Shown here: positions 49,939-63,612 of the stretch, in pieces
Layout of the letters: each line of letters starts with the position of its first letter
How positions within the stretch are numbered: position 1 is the stretch's first letter
Assembly: GCA_038087875.1 (NCBI GenBank)
Contig: CM075994.1
Span: 62,001 to 126,000 of the forward strand
Reading direction: 5' to 3'
Origin: Malacoraja senta
Taxonomy: Eukaryota
Length of the DNA: 64,000 bases
Notes under the pieces: generated by a model
What the model saw: only the letters and a program-made list of their open reading frames with translations
Told to the model about the DNA's origin: nothing
Database searches by the model: none
Translations under genes and position numbers: made by a program

Positions 49939-52492
49939 AGGGCTTGTCCCACTTGGGCCACATTTTCGGGGACAGCCTGAAAAGAGTTTGTCGCGGCGTG
50001 GTTGGGGCGTGTCGCGAGGTGAAGCTTGTAGTGACGCGCAGTGTCTCCCTGCCGCCCCTGGATTTTAGAAAGTTCAAAATCTTCAGGCGTTATACACAAT
50101 GGGATAGATTAGGAATTAAAACGCTTGGTGACTTGTATGAAACTGGAAAATTACTTTCATTTCAACAATTACAAATAAAATATAAACTCGGAAATAATCA
50201 ATATTTTAAATATTTTCAAATATGCGACTATTTGAAAAAATATACAAAAGATCATCATAATAACCCAGTAGATGTATTGGACGAGGCAATGCAGATAAAA
50301 GCGGAATCAGCAAACTTAATATCATATTTGTATAATATTATCTTAAATGTACAAATACCATCTACGGAGGGTATCAGAAGAGACTGGGAACAAGAGTTAG
50401 CTATTAAAATTTCAAAGGAAAGCTGGAATGAATACTTATTAAACGTGCATAAATGCTCGATTAATGTAAGACACACTTTAATACAATTTAAAATTTTACA
50501 TAGATTATATTATTCAAAAACTAAAATTCATAAAATTTTCCCAAATGTATCATCTATTTGTGATAAATGTCAATCCCAAGAAGCTACTATAGCGCACTCA
50601 TTCGTTTCTTGTACAAAAATTCAAAAGTTTTGGAATGAAATTTTTGAAATCTTTACAAAGTTATTTAAAACAAGACTGATACCCAAAGCAGAATGGATTA
50701 TCTTCGGTATAACGGAAGATGGTCCAGAACTAAATGTGTTTCAAAAGAAACTAATGGACTATGGGTTAATAACTGGAAAAAAGCTAATTCTAAAATTTTG
50801 GAAGAAGGCTCCAATACCAACTATAAATATGTGGATTTCAAATATGTTTGAAACATTACACCTAGAAGAGATAAGACTCCTCCTAGCAGGTAAGCCAGAT
50901 CACTTCCACCTGACGTGGTCTGCATTTATAGAATTATTACAAACATAGGGTGCAAAAGAACTTTAAAAAAATTGAGGTCAGGTAAGGGGGGATGATAGTT
51001 GAAGAGTTGGTATGTCCGATTTACGTAATGCTCATAAAAATATTTGTTTCTCTCCTTTTCCTCTTTCTCTCTCTCTTTCTTTCCTAGGGTCTATTTCTTA
51101 ACTCTTTTTCTTTTGTTTTTAATTTTGCTCTTATTGGGTCTTCGTCCTTTTTTGTTGTCACATTTCCTACACTTTCACTTTTTCCTTCACTTTCTTCTTT
51201 CTTTCAATCTTTTCCTTTTCTAGTGTAAAAAATAAATGGAGGACATTAATTGTAAGAAGATATAAATGACGAGTACTAATGTATGTGGTTGTAATGTAAT
51301 GTACTTCTAATAAATAAAAATTAAAAATAAAAAAAAATCTTCAGGCGACATCTGGGTGTCTCATCATGTCGTGCGCCTTGTCACACGCTGACGTACGCTG
51401 TCCTGCGGATGACGCCCGGTTAGGTTTAGGGCTCGGGTTAGGGCTAGGTGCAGGGGGCTAGGGTTAGGGTTAGGGTCAGGGTTTCCTCCTGCACTCCAAA
51501 GGCGCACAAGTTTGTAGGTTGATAGGATTGGTATAAGTATATATTGTCCCTAGCGTGTGTGGGATAATGTTAGTGTGCGGGGATCGCTGGTCGGTGTGGA
51601 CTCGGTGGGCCAAAGGGCATAGTATCGCTAAACTAAATGTGACACAGGGGCCCCAGGCGTTGGACTCAAACCCCTAATGATCTGCCTGCTCCCCATGGGA
51701 ACTAAACTGTTGGCCACGAGTTGTTCCAGAGGCAAATCTCTCTTCCAATGGTCTCTCCAATCCCCCAGAGACAGTGGGCTTTTCAACTGGGTACAGGCGA
51801 TGTTGTCAATGTACCAGTGCCACCCACCTGCTCCGGTCACTAAATACCCACCACCCATTTTGAAGCAAGGGAAGGGGGCGGCGGGGAAGGCGGGGGAGGT
51901 TGGAGAATGGGAGAAGGGAGGGAGAGAGGGAGAAGGGGATGTGAGCAGAGGGGAGGTGTGGGGAAGGGGGAGAATAGTGGAGTGGGGAGAAGGGAGGAAG
52001 AGGGGGGAAGGGAAGAAGGGGGGAGAGGGGAGGGGAGAAGGGTAGGGGGGAGTGGAGAAGGCATGGGGGGAAGAGGGGGGTGGAGGGGAGAGAGGAGTTC
52101 AGTCTGCACTCACTGAATCCATCCCTGTGAAAGTTAGAGACAGCGATTGGATCTGGAAGCGGACCAATACATCTGTAAATAAAATTGAACGACTCAGACA
52201 TCTTTTCATTTTCACAATTGATTTTATTGTATTAATTTCAAAATATTAATGTTTTAAATCCATACATTGAAGGAAGACTAAGTTACAGCCCATCTGTGGT
52301 CCCTAACCCTAACCCTCGCCCTACCTCTAACCCTAGCCCTGACCCTAACCCTAACCCTAACTGGGCGTCACCCGCAGGACAGCATACGTCAGCGTGTATG
52401 TTGTACAACCTGACGTTTTTTCGGGCGACTACGGCCATCAGTCACTGACGCTCACAGTCGCCGAAATAAAATCGCAAAGTGGGACAGGCCCT
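49939..52492. mobile_element. PIF/Harbinger-like element inserted in CR1 (TTA TSD)
   Basis: TIR AGGGCTTGTCCCACTT / AAGTGGGACAGGCCCT (15/16) with TTA on both sides. The flanks rejoin as the CR1 sequence GGTGAGGCTGCATTTAGAGTATTGTG. Confidence 0.85.
50090..51333 (+). mobile_element. 5'-truncated L1 with 14-bp TSD
   Basis: Open ORF2 C-terminus with CCHC (CDKC...H...C); A-tail; TSD AAAATCTTCAGGCG at 50076-50089 and 51334-51347. Confidence 0.93.
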
Positions 52493-53847
52493 TTAGAGTA
52501 TTGTGTTCAGTTCTGGGCACCATGTTACAGGAATAATGTTGTCAAGCTGGAAAGGGTACAGAGAACATTTATTGCGATGTTGCCAGGACTAGAGGGTCTG
52601 AGCTATAGGTTTAGTAGGCTGGGACTCTATCCCTTGGAGCGCAGGAGGATGAGGGGTGATCTTATAGAGGTGTATAAAATCATGAGAGGAATAGAGTCTC
52701 TTGCCCAGAGTAGATGACTCGAAGACCACAGGATATAGGTTTAAGGTTAAGGGGGAAATATTTAATAGTAATCTGAGGGGTAACTTTTTCACACAAAGTG
52801 TGGTTGGTGGATAGAACATGCTGCCAGAGGAGGTAGTTGCAGCATGGACTATCCCAACGTTTAAGATACAGTTGGACAGGTACATGGATAGGACAGGTTT
52901 GCAGGAATATGGACCAAATGCAAACAGGTGGGACTAGTGTTGCTGGGCATATTGGCCTGTAGTTAAGTTGGGCTGACAGGCATGTTTCCATGCTGTATCA
53001 CTCTATGACTCTGTGACAAAGAGAGGAGAAGAATGTTCATTCACTCGTGGGAACAACAATCACGAGGAAATATGGGAGCAGGAGGGGAATTACCAGGGTT
53101 GCCATATCTGTGGAATTCTCTGCCACAGAAGGCAGTGGAGGCCAATTCACTGGATGTATTCAAGAGAGAGTTGGATATAGCTCTAAGGGCTAACGGAATC
53201 AAGCGATATGGGGAGAAAGCAGGAACAGGTTACTGATTCTGGATGATCAGCCATGATCATATTGAATGGCGGTGCTGGATGGAAGTTATTCCTGCAACTA
53301 TTTTCTATGTTTCTATATCCAGAAATGAAAAACAGTCCCATAATTTAGTTTCTCCAAACGGTACACAAACAGCGCCTAAGGCAGAGCAGGAGTGGTACAT
53401 AGGTCTGGGGTAATATACAATTAATGTACATTGTGGACTTACTTGGGCACTGACCTCATATGTAATGGTTTGAAGATTACCTTGAAGATGATAGAAAATA
53501 GCATAAGAAATTGGACACAAAATGCTGGAGTAACTCAGGCAGCATCTCTGGAGAGAAAGAATGGGTGACGTTTCGGGTCGAGACCCTTCTTCAGACTAGT
53601 TAACGAAAAGAGAGGTATAAATGAGGGTGTTGAGAGATAGAGAACAATGAATGAAAGATATGCAAAAAAGTAATGATCATCAAGGGGAACAGGCCATTGT
53701 TAGCTGTTGGTTAGGTGAAAACGAGAAGCTAGTGCGACTTGGTTGGGGGAAACATAGAAACATAGAAAATAGGTGCAGGAGGAGGCCATTCGGCCCTTCG
53801 AGCTAGCACCGCCATTCATTGTGATCATGGCTGATCGTCTCCAATCA

Positions 53848-54235
53848 AATTTCTAGGGCATTGGAACCAGTTCTGGGGGAGGTGGGACCAGTACAAACAG
53901 GACGGTCTGCACCTGGGCTGGAATGGAATCAATGTCCTTGGGGGAGTGTTTGCTAGTGCTGTCCGGGAGGATTTAAACTAATGTGGCAGGGCGAATGGGA
54001 GCATGAGCAGATAGACAGAGGGGTGTAAAATGAGGTTAGAAGCAATAGGTAGCAAGGTGAAAAGTAAAAGTGGCAGGCAGAAAAATCCAGGGCAAAAATC
54101 AACAAGGGCCACTTTTCAACATAATTGTATAAGGGGTAAGAGTGTTGTAAAAACAAGCCAGAAGGCTTTGTGTCTCAATGCAAGGAGCATTCGTAATAAG
54201 GTGGATGAGTTGAATGTGCAGATAGTTATTAATGA
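53848..54235 (+). mobile_element. CR1 ORF1 (SGNH esterase) end and ORF2 start
   Basis: FLGHWNQFWGRWDQYKQDGLHLGWNG..., followed by ALCLNARSIRNKVDEL. Confidence 0.75.
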
Positions 54236-55035
54236 CAGTTTACATAAACATTCATCACAGTGACTCTCGAACATCTCCTCACTGTGATGGAAGGCAAAGT
54301 CTTATCTCTTCCCTTTGTTCTTCTCCCGCGGTCCAGCAGTCCAACTGCAGCATCGAGGCGAACTGGGGCTCCCGATGTTAAAGACGCCGGCGGGCGATGG
54401 TAAGCCTGTGGCCGTTTAAGCCACGCCGGGCGATGTTAGGCCCCGCTCGTAGTCCTTTCAACCCCGCGATTCCAGCGGGAGAAGTTGCCGTTGCGGGAGC
54501 CCCGAAAAGCGGTCTCCCACCAGGGACCTGCGAGCTGCTGATGTTCCTGTCCACTGGGCCTGCGGCCGGAGCCTCCGAAGCTCCCAAGTCGGGTCGCAGC
54601 CGCGCGCCACCACAGCTCTTCCCGTTCCGAAGTCGGCCAGCTCCGCGATGTCAGGTCCGCAGGCTCCGCGACTGGAGCCCTCAGGTTGGTCCCGGCCAGA
54701 GGCCGCTGCCGGCTCCACGATGGTAGGCCCAACGACATCGGAGACCCGACAGAGAAAAAGTCGGGTCAACATACAGGGAAGAGATTAACGGTTTCCCCCA
54801 CCCCCCCCCCCCCCACGCCCACCCCCACATATGCACAGCTAAATAAAAATAATAAAACTAGAATCAAGACATACATTTAATGAGACAAAATTAAAAAAAA
54901 GACAGATGGACTGTAGTCGAGCTGCTGCTGATCGGCGCTGCCACGCCACACTAGTAGGCTCAAGCTGAGCAAGTCACCAGGATCTGATGGTTATACGGCA
55001 GTATGGTACAAGGAATTTAAAGATGAATTAACACC

Positions 55036-58000
55036 TATTTTATATTGAAGTCTTGTGAGAGACTACATGAAGAACCCGCCAGCCCGCATGCGGGTCAATA
55101 CGTCGACGCATGCCGTGGGATTTGGAGCATTTCGAAAATGCTCCGGCAGGTAAGGCAGATTTCTTTTCAGGAATGGCCCGCTGCTCCGAAACTGGATGCA
55201 GCAGGCTCGGAGAGGCTGACAGGCCCAGCCTGTAGAGCTACCGCCTTTGAGGCTCCGGAAGAGAGCAGGCGGCTAGACTCAGAGTAACTGGCAGGCGCGA
55301 CCTGTTCAGTGAGCTCCGTCAAGGCTTTGAAGGAGCAGATGGCCCCGAAGGATCAGCCTGCTGAACCAGGCTCGGAGTACTGGCAGGCGTGACCTGTACC
55401 GTGAGCTCTGCCAAGGCTCCAAAGGAGCATAAGGGCCCGAAGGAGCAGCCTGTCACACAAAGCTCGGAGTAACTGGCAGGCACGACCTGTATAGTAAGCT
55501 CCAACAAGGCTCTGAAGGAGCAGCTTGTCGAACCAGGCTGGGAGTAACTGGCAGGCGCGACCTGTACAGTAAGCTCCAGCAAGGCTCCAAAGAGGCAGAA
55601 GGCCCCGAAGGAGCAGTCTGCCCGACCTGGCTCAGAGATGCTGGCAGGCGCGCCCTGCACAGCAATGTCTGTTTAAAGCTCTGAAAGGGAGCTCTGAAAG
55701 GGAGCAGTTTGGCAAGCGTGGGGCTGAGGATGTGAGGCTCGGCCTGCCAAGGAACTTCGCTGAAGCTCCAACAAGGAGGTCGACCTGGGCTCGGAGACGC
55801 TGGCAGGTAAGGTCTGTTTACTAATCTGCGTAAAAGCTCCGAAATGGAGCAGCCTGTCGACCCGGGCTTGGAAATACTGACAGCATAGTCTGTCTAGTAT
55901 CCTTCACTGCCTCTGGGAAAGAGCAGGTTGGTGCAGAGACGCTGGCAGGGTGCCCTGCACAGCAACCTCTGTAAGTTCCAAAAAGGACCAACTTGAAACT
56001 GCTGTCCAAATGGATCATATTGGCCAGGGAAGCACTGCCTCAACATCTATGATTGAGCTTATCAGGCTGCCCAGTAGAGTGAGGTAGTTTGAGGATTCCC
56101 TCAACACATGCTACATTCTTTCAGCTCGGCTCAAAAGAGTTGCCAGCACACTGGAACATCATTTGCCATCCTCTCGGGGATAGCTAAACAAACTAGCAAA
56201 AGGCCGATCTGGCATGTAGCATTTTTTACCTGACTTGCAGGTTCATGTTGTAAAAAGTAAAAAAAAATATATATATATAAATATAAATAAATAATAAAAG
56301 CAAAAGCTCCGTAAAGGAGCGGTTTGGCGATCAGGGTAGGCCAAGGCCAAAATGGCAAAATGTCTAATAGGACAATATTGAGCAAGAAGGTACTGTCTTA
56401 ACATCCATTGAGGATATCATCTGTAGGCTCTCAATACTGGAAATCCTGATTGAGAGGCTGGTCGAAGAGAATGTGTTGCGCACACTAGCGACCGAGACAG
56501 GTAGTTCCAGTTAGAGGACTGCAGCAGCAATACCTGGTTTAGGGTTGCATTATGATATCTTCCACTCTGAGGAGGGGTGTTTTGAGGATTATTCGTGGTG
56601 ACTCTCTCTGTGAGGTAGTTGACAGTGAACTCGAATTCCCACATCGTGGATGATATGCTTCAACTCAAGTCTCATAACGATCTGCTGACACTTGTGACTA
56701 AATTTGCCATCCCTTCGGGGATACGAGAACCGTTAGAGATAGAACTGGCAAGTAGCATTGGTTATTTGACTTTTCATCAGTTGAAAAGATCATGCAGGAC
56801 ACTGCTGATACTATGTAAGTCCTGATTTCTGCCAGACACTGGAGGTTCGTAGGTTAATGCCACTTGTTGAGGCTATCTGAAGGGCAAAACAAAGTCAAAA
56901 GGCTTTAAACCCCAGCGAGTTCAGAGATTTCTCAGTGAAGGATTACGGTATTTGCAAGGTCAGTAGAGGAAATTCAGCTGTCTGAATTGCAATAGACGCC
57001 TTAGCAATTTTGTGTAATGCACAGTCTAAACTCAATTGTGTTAGGATGGTATAGGCCTGAGGCCAACCCAATTTATGCTAATTTTGGGCAAGGCTAGTAT
57101 GTGGATTCTGCGAGTATATTTTTGGAGAAGACTTGGGCTAGCAAGTTAAGACTCGCAAGAGAATTTCAAGGCTGCGGTGGGTGTGGTAAATACACACTTT
57201 GTGAGTAAGACTCCCGTTTACCTGCATGCATATCATCTCTACCAAATGAGTGGCAGATACCGCTGCACTGAGGCTGGTTGAAGCACCAGGCCTACACAAT
57301 TAAAACCAAGCAGAGGACTTTTTATTCGCAGGTTTTAGTGCTCACCATGGATGCAGCGCTCTCTACAGACTCAGTATCGTCCCCAGCTGGCCACGATGCC
57401 TGAGCAAGGGGACAGAGCAAAGTCTTGGGTCAGTTGACTATTGATTATCCGCCTAAGGCCATTTTTGGTGATGTCAGTCTCAGGGATTGCTGGATCTTGG
57501 TGGCGGGGGGTGATAATCACCTTTTGTCTATTATTTTATTGGCAGCCTTGGTGGTTTTTATAGCGTCCTTTCTCAGAAACTGCCTTGATCACATCTCCAG
57601 TCACCATCTGTCTTGTCATGGACAGCAAAGCGACAATGAGGTGGAGGCTGTTGAGGTATGCGAATGTTATTTCATCAGTTGCATGAGATGTGCTGTTGAT
57701 ATTCAAGTCGGTGATAGGTTGAGACGGTTCAACAACAGGTGGGGAAAGATAACCTCCGATTTTTCCATTTTACAAATCATAAACGTTATAAGATTCAGTT
57801 TCTGGCTGATTAATTTCCTCCGCGGCAAGAGAAGCCAAGATTTCCGTACTCTGGTCAAAAGAGGAAACTATGGCTATCCAAGTTGAAATAGAGACATCTC
57901 ACAAAGGATGAGAAATCTGCCTAAGAACAAGACTGGAATATTTCTAATATTTTCTCAAGTTGAAGAAAAGTGGAGGATGCCAAATAAGTATAGGATTTGG

Positions 58001-59870
58001 CTAGTCTGATCATGTGCTTGGTATAACCAGTTTAAGATGGATAATTGTCATTCAGCAAATTAGCTGATTACAGAGGATTTAGGGCCTCAATCGATCTTGA
58101 AGATGCATACTTTTCCATATCAATACACGAGAGGCACAGGATATATCTGGTGTTTATATGGCAAGGCCGGTGGTGGATATTTTAGGCTCTACCCAAGGGG
58201 TTGACTTCAGCCCTAGGCTATTGACAAAGATTCTAAAGTTAATGCAGCCCTACTCAGATCTAAAGGGAATTTTGTCATGGAGTTTATAGAGGACATGCTT
58301 ATTGTAGGGAAGAGATCAGGTGTCACAGAGTTAGCTGTTTCAGCAACCAAGGCTCTCCTAGAATTTCAAGGGTTTGTTATTCATCCAGTAAAGTCCATAC
58401 TGGAGCCAGCATTATCTATTACATATTTAGGTTTATCATAAACTCTGCAGATATGTCTCGGACCCTACCCACAGATAAGACTCAGGGTATTTATCAGTGG
58501 ATGCCTCCTAAGATAATTCAAGACGAGGCAACATCAATTATAATAGTGCAATATTGGCCTACTCAACCAGGGCTTCCATTGTAAATAAGTCCGCTGAAAG
58601 AAGCTCCTATATTTGGTCGAAGACACGAGCGGTGGCTAGTTCAGCCTATTTCTCGTTCATCTACCACTGCATGGTTGTATGGAAAGTTTTGGGAAGAGAC
58701 ACATGTGAGCTACTTTTAAACAGAGTAGCAGAGGTTTGTGGTTTCTTTCAGTTTGGGTTAAAGAGAAGCGACTATGTTATAGCGCAATTACCGCTGCTCG
58801 TGCTGCTTTGTCGTTGTATCTAGTACTATAAGTGGGACAATAAATAACTGGTTATTCACCCACTGTTGACTAAGGTTACGGAAGGTGTCTTTGATATGAA
58901 CATTCTAAAGCCTAGATACAAAGTAGTGTGGAATGTGTAATCAGTATAAATTATTATGCAGATTATCATCAGCTGTATTCCTAATGTTGCAGCAGTATAT
59001 TTTAAGTTAGTCATGCTTATGACACTGATTTCAGCACGAAGAGCACAGTCTTTACACAATCTCCGTCAGGATCTCTCGGTCATATCTGACATAATGGTAG
59101 CATTTTATGGAATGAACTCATAAAGCAAAGCAGGCACGGTTGGGTACAAGTTGGAGTTGACAGCATATCCACCAGATTGGAGATTGGGTGTGTTTATTAT
59201 GTAAAAAGGTACACTGAGGTTACTAAGAACCTATGATATGAAGGAAACGTTTCTTCATAGTTATATAATAGTTTCACAAGAGATTGTTGATGCAGACTAT
59301 TTCAAGATGGATAGAGGGTAAGCAGCTGAAAGCAGGAGTGAATTCAAATCATTTCAAGTCTCATAGTACCAGGGCGGCTGACTCGTCAGCAGCCAATAGA
59401 ATGGATATTCCCCTTTGATCACCTTCTTGTAACAGCAGGAGGCTCAGATAAGCGCACTTTCAGAAGTTATAAAATTTAGTTGAACATATCTGGACGGTTG
59501 CAGATAGAATTCTGAACAGTGTTGCATGAGCTATTGTCTAACCCAAAGGCAATTGGGACTGTGGTCCAATTAAGGGTGATGTACATGTATGTAAAGTTAG
59601 CATCATGTTATTAATGGCCCATGTCTTTTCTACCATTTATGGTTATCTGTTTAGTGTTTTCAATACAGATTGGTTTACTGCATGAAACCATAGAGATTTG
59701 AAGGCTTCACCTAGTTTCTCATGAGACTTCGATATAAAATAGAAAGATTAAACAAGCTTACCATTTGAAGTTTGATCTTTATTTTATGAGAAGTTGGAGT
59801 GAGAGACTCGTGCCCACTCCCAACCCTGAATCTCATAAAGATCATTCGGTAAGTCAAGCGTTATTAATCT
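55036..59870 (+). mobile_element. Decayed DIRS-like tyrosine-recombinase retrotransposon
   Basis: Gag-like region ~56600-57200. RT motifs ASIDLEDAYFSI, ALPKGLTSA and GFVIHPVKS (~58085-58410). YR motifs KPRYKVVWNV, KLVMLMTLISARRAQSL and FKSHSTRAA (~58860-59380). Inverted repeat 55036-55072 / 59705-59741 (31/37). Confidence 0.85.
55275..55960. repeat. ~93/75-bp tandem repeat in the DIRS 5' region
   Basis: CTGGCAGG anchor at 55288, 55380, 55473, 55548 and 55641, with degenerate copies near 55800 and 55942. Confidence 0.85.
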
Positions 59871-62679
59871 TTCTCTCAGTATGAAGAAGGATTTTGACCC
59901 GAAACGTCACCCATTCCTTCTCTCCAGAGATGCTGCCTGTCCTGCTGAGTTACTCCAGTTTTTTTGTGTCTACCCATTCCTTTTCTATAGAGATGCTGTC
60001 TGACCCGCTGAGCTCCTCCAGCTTTTTGTGTCTATCGACAGGAAAATTAATATGTATCTGGATTAGCAGCCTATTATACGCCTCATTTGTATTTCACAAG
60101 GGAATTGTGTGGAGATTGATATCCACATGATATGATCATTGTAACTATTGAGTTGAATCACCTTTGCTCCTACAGCCTTCCCAGCTGCAAGGATTTTGTC
60201 TGGAACAACAAAACCTTGCTTTCATGCAGCACAAGTATTGAACAACAACCAAATTGCTTCGTGACCACATTTCCGGTAACATTCTGTGCAGGAAGGAACT
60301 GCAGAGAAGTAACGTCATTAAAATTATAACACAGCTGTCCTTTGTTTACACTGATGATAGGCATAAAAAGCTGGAGTAACGCAGCGGGTCAGATAGCATC
60401 TCTGGATGGAAGGAATGGGTGACGTTTCGGGTCTGAAGAAGGGTCTTGACATGAAACGTCACCTATTCTTTTTCTCCAGTGATGCTGCCTGTCCCACTGA
60501 GTTACTCCAGCATTTTGTATCCATCTACACATAATGCACACATTGGTACACACATGTGGCACGCACACACACAGAACACACATAAACATGTACAAGGCAT
60601 GCTCAGATACACATAAATACACAAACCAGGCACACACAGATACATATATAAATTCACAAACAGACAAGCAGGGACCTGAGTTGAAAGCCTTTAACTTCCT
60701 CATTTTGAAGCAGGTCATAAATTTAGAAATTTAGAAAGTTCTTTATATAAATTTAGAAAGTTCTTTTGTCTGCGGGATCCGGAGCTGATGCTGTGGCGAC
60801 CCGTCTCGGAGCGGAGACTGCGTTCCAGCTTTCGGCGGCGGCGACATCACCACGGAGGTCCGCTGGCTGGAGGGCGGCATCTTCGGCCTGGATCGATCGC
60901 CTCAGCAATGAGGGAGAACAAGCAGGGAAGAGACGGAGACTAAGACTTTGCCTCCATCACAGTGAGGATGTGCTTGGTGAACTCACTGTGGTGGATGTTT
61001 AATTTGTGTTTATTGTTTGTTTTGTTGTTATTGGTTCTGTGTATGACTGCAGGCATCACAATTTCGTTCAGACCGAAAGGTCTGAATGACAATAAAGGAA
61101 ATCTTGAATCTTGAATCTCTTGAATCTTGAACCTTATAGAGCCTGGAATTACATCCTTGTTTTTGTATTCTAGTCCTCTTGAATAAATGCTAACATTGCA
61201 TTTGCCTTCTTCTTCTTTATTTAGAATTTAAGGTAACAACTTAGCAGCACAAATTTAACAGCATAGTCAGAAGTTTAATGAAAGGGGAAAAGAATGATGG
61301 CTTCAAATGCTGGAGTAACTCAGTGGGACAGGCAGCATCTTTAGAGAGAAGGAATGGGTGACATTTTGGGTTGAGACCCTTCTTCAGACTCTTGAGTAAG
61401 ATATCAACCCAAAACGTCACCTATTCCTGCTCTCCAGAGATGCTGCCTGTCCTGCTGAGTTACATTTTGTGTCTATCTGCGGTTTAAACCAGCATCTGTA
61501 GTTCCTTCCTACACAATAGGAATGATGGCCTGTCTTTTTGTGGGATAACTTAAAACGGTCAGATTTTCAGTTTCTCTTTTATACACATTCACGTTGTGTA
61601 ACTTGCAGCAGTTTTGAGAGGCACTAGAGACTGCAGATTCTGGAATCCCGAGCAAAGTGCACAGTGCTGGAGGAACTCAGCGGGTCAGGCAACGTCTGTG
61701 GAGGGAATGAACAGACGGGACCATTTATCAGGCTGCTTGAAGTGGGGGTGGGGGGAGAAAATTGGAAAGGAGGAGTGGGGGTCAGGACAAAGTCTGGCAA
61801 GTAATAGGTGGAGGAAGGAACTGCAGATGCTGGTTTAAACCGAAGATAGACACAAAAAGCCGGAGTAACTCAGCGGGTCACACAGACCGAGGGGTCTCAA
61901 CCCCAAACGTCACCTGCTCCTTTTCTCCAGAGATGCTGTCTGACCTGCTGAGTTACTCCAGCTTCTTGTGTCTATCTTAAGTAATTGGTGGATACAGGTG
62001 AAGGGAGCATGGGGAGGTTAATTGGCAAATAGGTAGAAAAGGCAACAAAGACTGGGGTGAATGTCAATAGATATTTTTAACAGAGATTGACAAATTCTAG
62101 ATTTAAGGGTGTCAGAGGTTATGGGGCGAAGGCAGGAGAATGGGGTTGAGAGGGAAAGATAGATCAGCCATGATTGAATGGCGGAGTAGACTTGAGGGGC
62201 CGAATGGCATTATTCTGCTCTGAGAACTTATGAAGTTATGACATGATCAACTAGCACAGTGCAACATCATCATCATTTGCATTTTAACAGGCGTGTACTG
62301 AACTTCAAGCACTTACACAATTGCATGAAGGGGTGAAATGTAAAGCCGGAGGAAGGGGTATAGGTGGAAGGGGACAGGGGGAAATGGGATATAAGAAGGA
62401 AATGGAGACTCAGAGTTGAAGATAAGGGATAGAAAGGGAATGAGGAGGAATGTCATCAGCCAGAGGGTGGTGAATCTGTGGAATTAATTGCCACAAACAT
62501 CTGTGGAGGACGTTATTGGGTAACTTTAAGGTGGAGATTGATAGAGTCTTGATGAGTACAATTGTCAGCGGTTATGGGGAGAAGGCAGGAGAATGGGTTC
62601 AAGAGGGAAAGAATGACGGAGTAGACTCCTTGGGCCGAATGGTCTAATTCTCGCATGACTTAGCAATTCTCGCATAACC

Positions 62680-63612
62680 AATCAAATCTGTTTAACCTTA
62701 CCCACTGCCTCGAGGATATAAAGTGTTGGATGGCCAGAACTTCCTCCAACTAAACGAGAGTAAGTCTGAGGTCATCCTTCTCGGCCCCTCGGACTCAATC
62801 AAAATGATAGCAGGCAGCCTTGGAAGCCTTACCCCACTACTCAAACCTCACGTCAAAAACCTTGGCGTGATATTTGCCTCAGCACTGAAATTTGACAAAC
62901 AAGTCAATGCCGTGGTAAAAGCTAGCTTCTTTCAGCTTCGGACGATAGCTAAAATAAAACAATTCCTCCAGTTTGATGACCTGGAAAAGATCATCCACAC
63001 ATTCATCTCCTCCCGCCTAGATTACTGCAACTCCCTTTACACTGGCATCAGCCAATCTTCCCTGTCCCGCCTGCAACTGGTCCAAAACGCCGCAGCGAGA
63101 CTCCTGACGGGCACCCGAAAAAGGGACCGCATCACCCCGATCCTGGCCTCTCTCCACTGGCTCCCTGTGCGGTTCCGTATAAACTTCAAGATCCTCCTCC
63201 ATGTCTACAAAGCCCTCAATGGGCTTGCCCCCACCTACATAAAAAGTCTTCTCACCCACCACTCCACCTCCAGGTCCCTCAGATCCACCGACTTGGGGTT
63301 GCTGAATATCCCACGGGCTAGGCATAAGCTCAGGGGTGACCGCGCCTTTGCGGTTGCAGCCCCTAGACTGTGGAACAGCATCCCCTTTCCCATCAGAACT
63401 GCCCCCTCCATCGACTCTTTTAAGTCAAGGCTAAATACTTATCTATACTCCCAAGCCTTTCCTGACGTCCTCTGAGTGAGCGCTACATGTATATATGTAT
63501 GTAGTTTGTTTTGTTTGTGCTATTCTTATAACAAATGTAAAGCAATTTGGCCAACGAGAGTTGTTTTTTAAATGTGTTATATAAATAAATGTGACTTGAC
63601 TTGACTTGACTT
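62680..63612 (+). mobile_element. L2 LINE RT C-terminus and 3' UTR
   Basis: ORF 62723-63475 has NFLQLNESKSE, SRLDYCNSL and LHWLPVRFRI; (GACTT)n tail. Confidence 0.92.

Noticed and set aside
49899..50948. 349-aa ORF as a host gene
   Set aside because: It is a chance in-frame fusion of CR1, MITE and the L1 ORF2 C-terminus; the TSDs delimit the parts.
55275..55960. CRISPR-like repeat array
   Set aside because: Whole units are homologous (no unique spacers), there are no cas genes, and the context is a eukaryotic DIRS element.
60176..60275. Possible plus-strand exon (cctacag ... CCG|gtaaca)
   Set aside because: One frame is open, but it has no recognisable domain and no partner exons, so support is insufficient.
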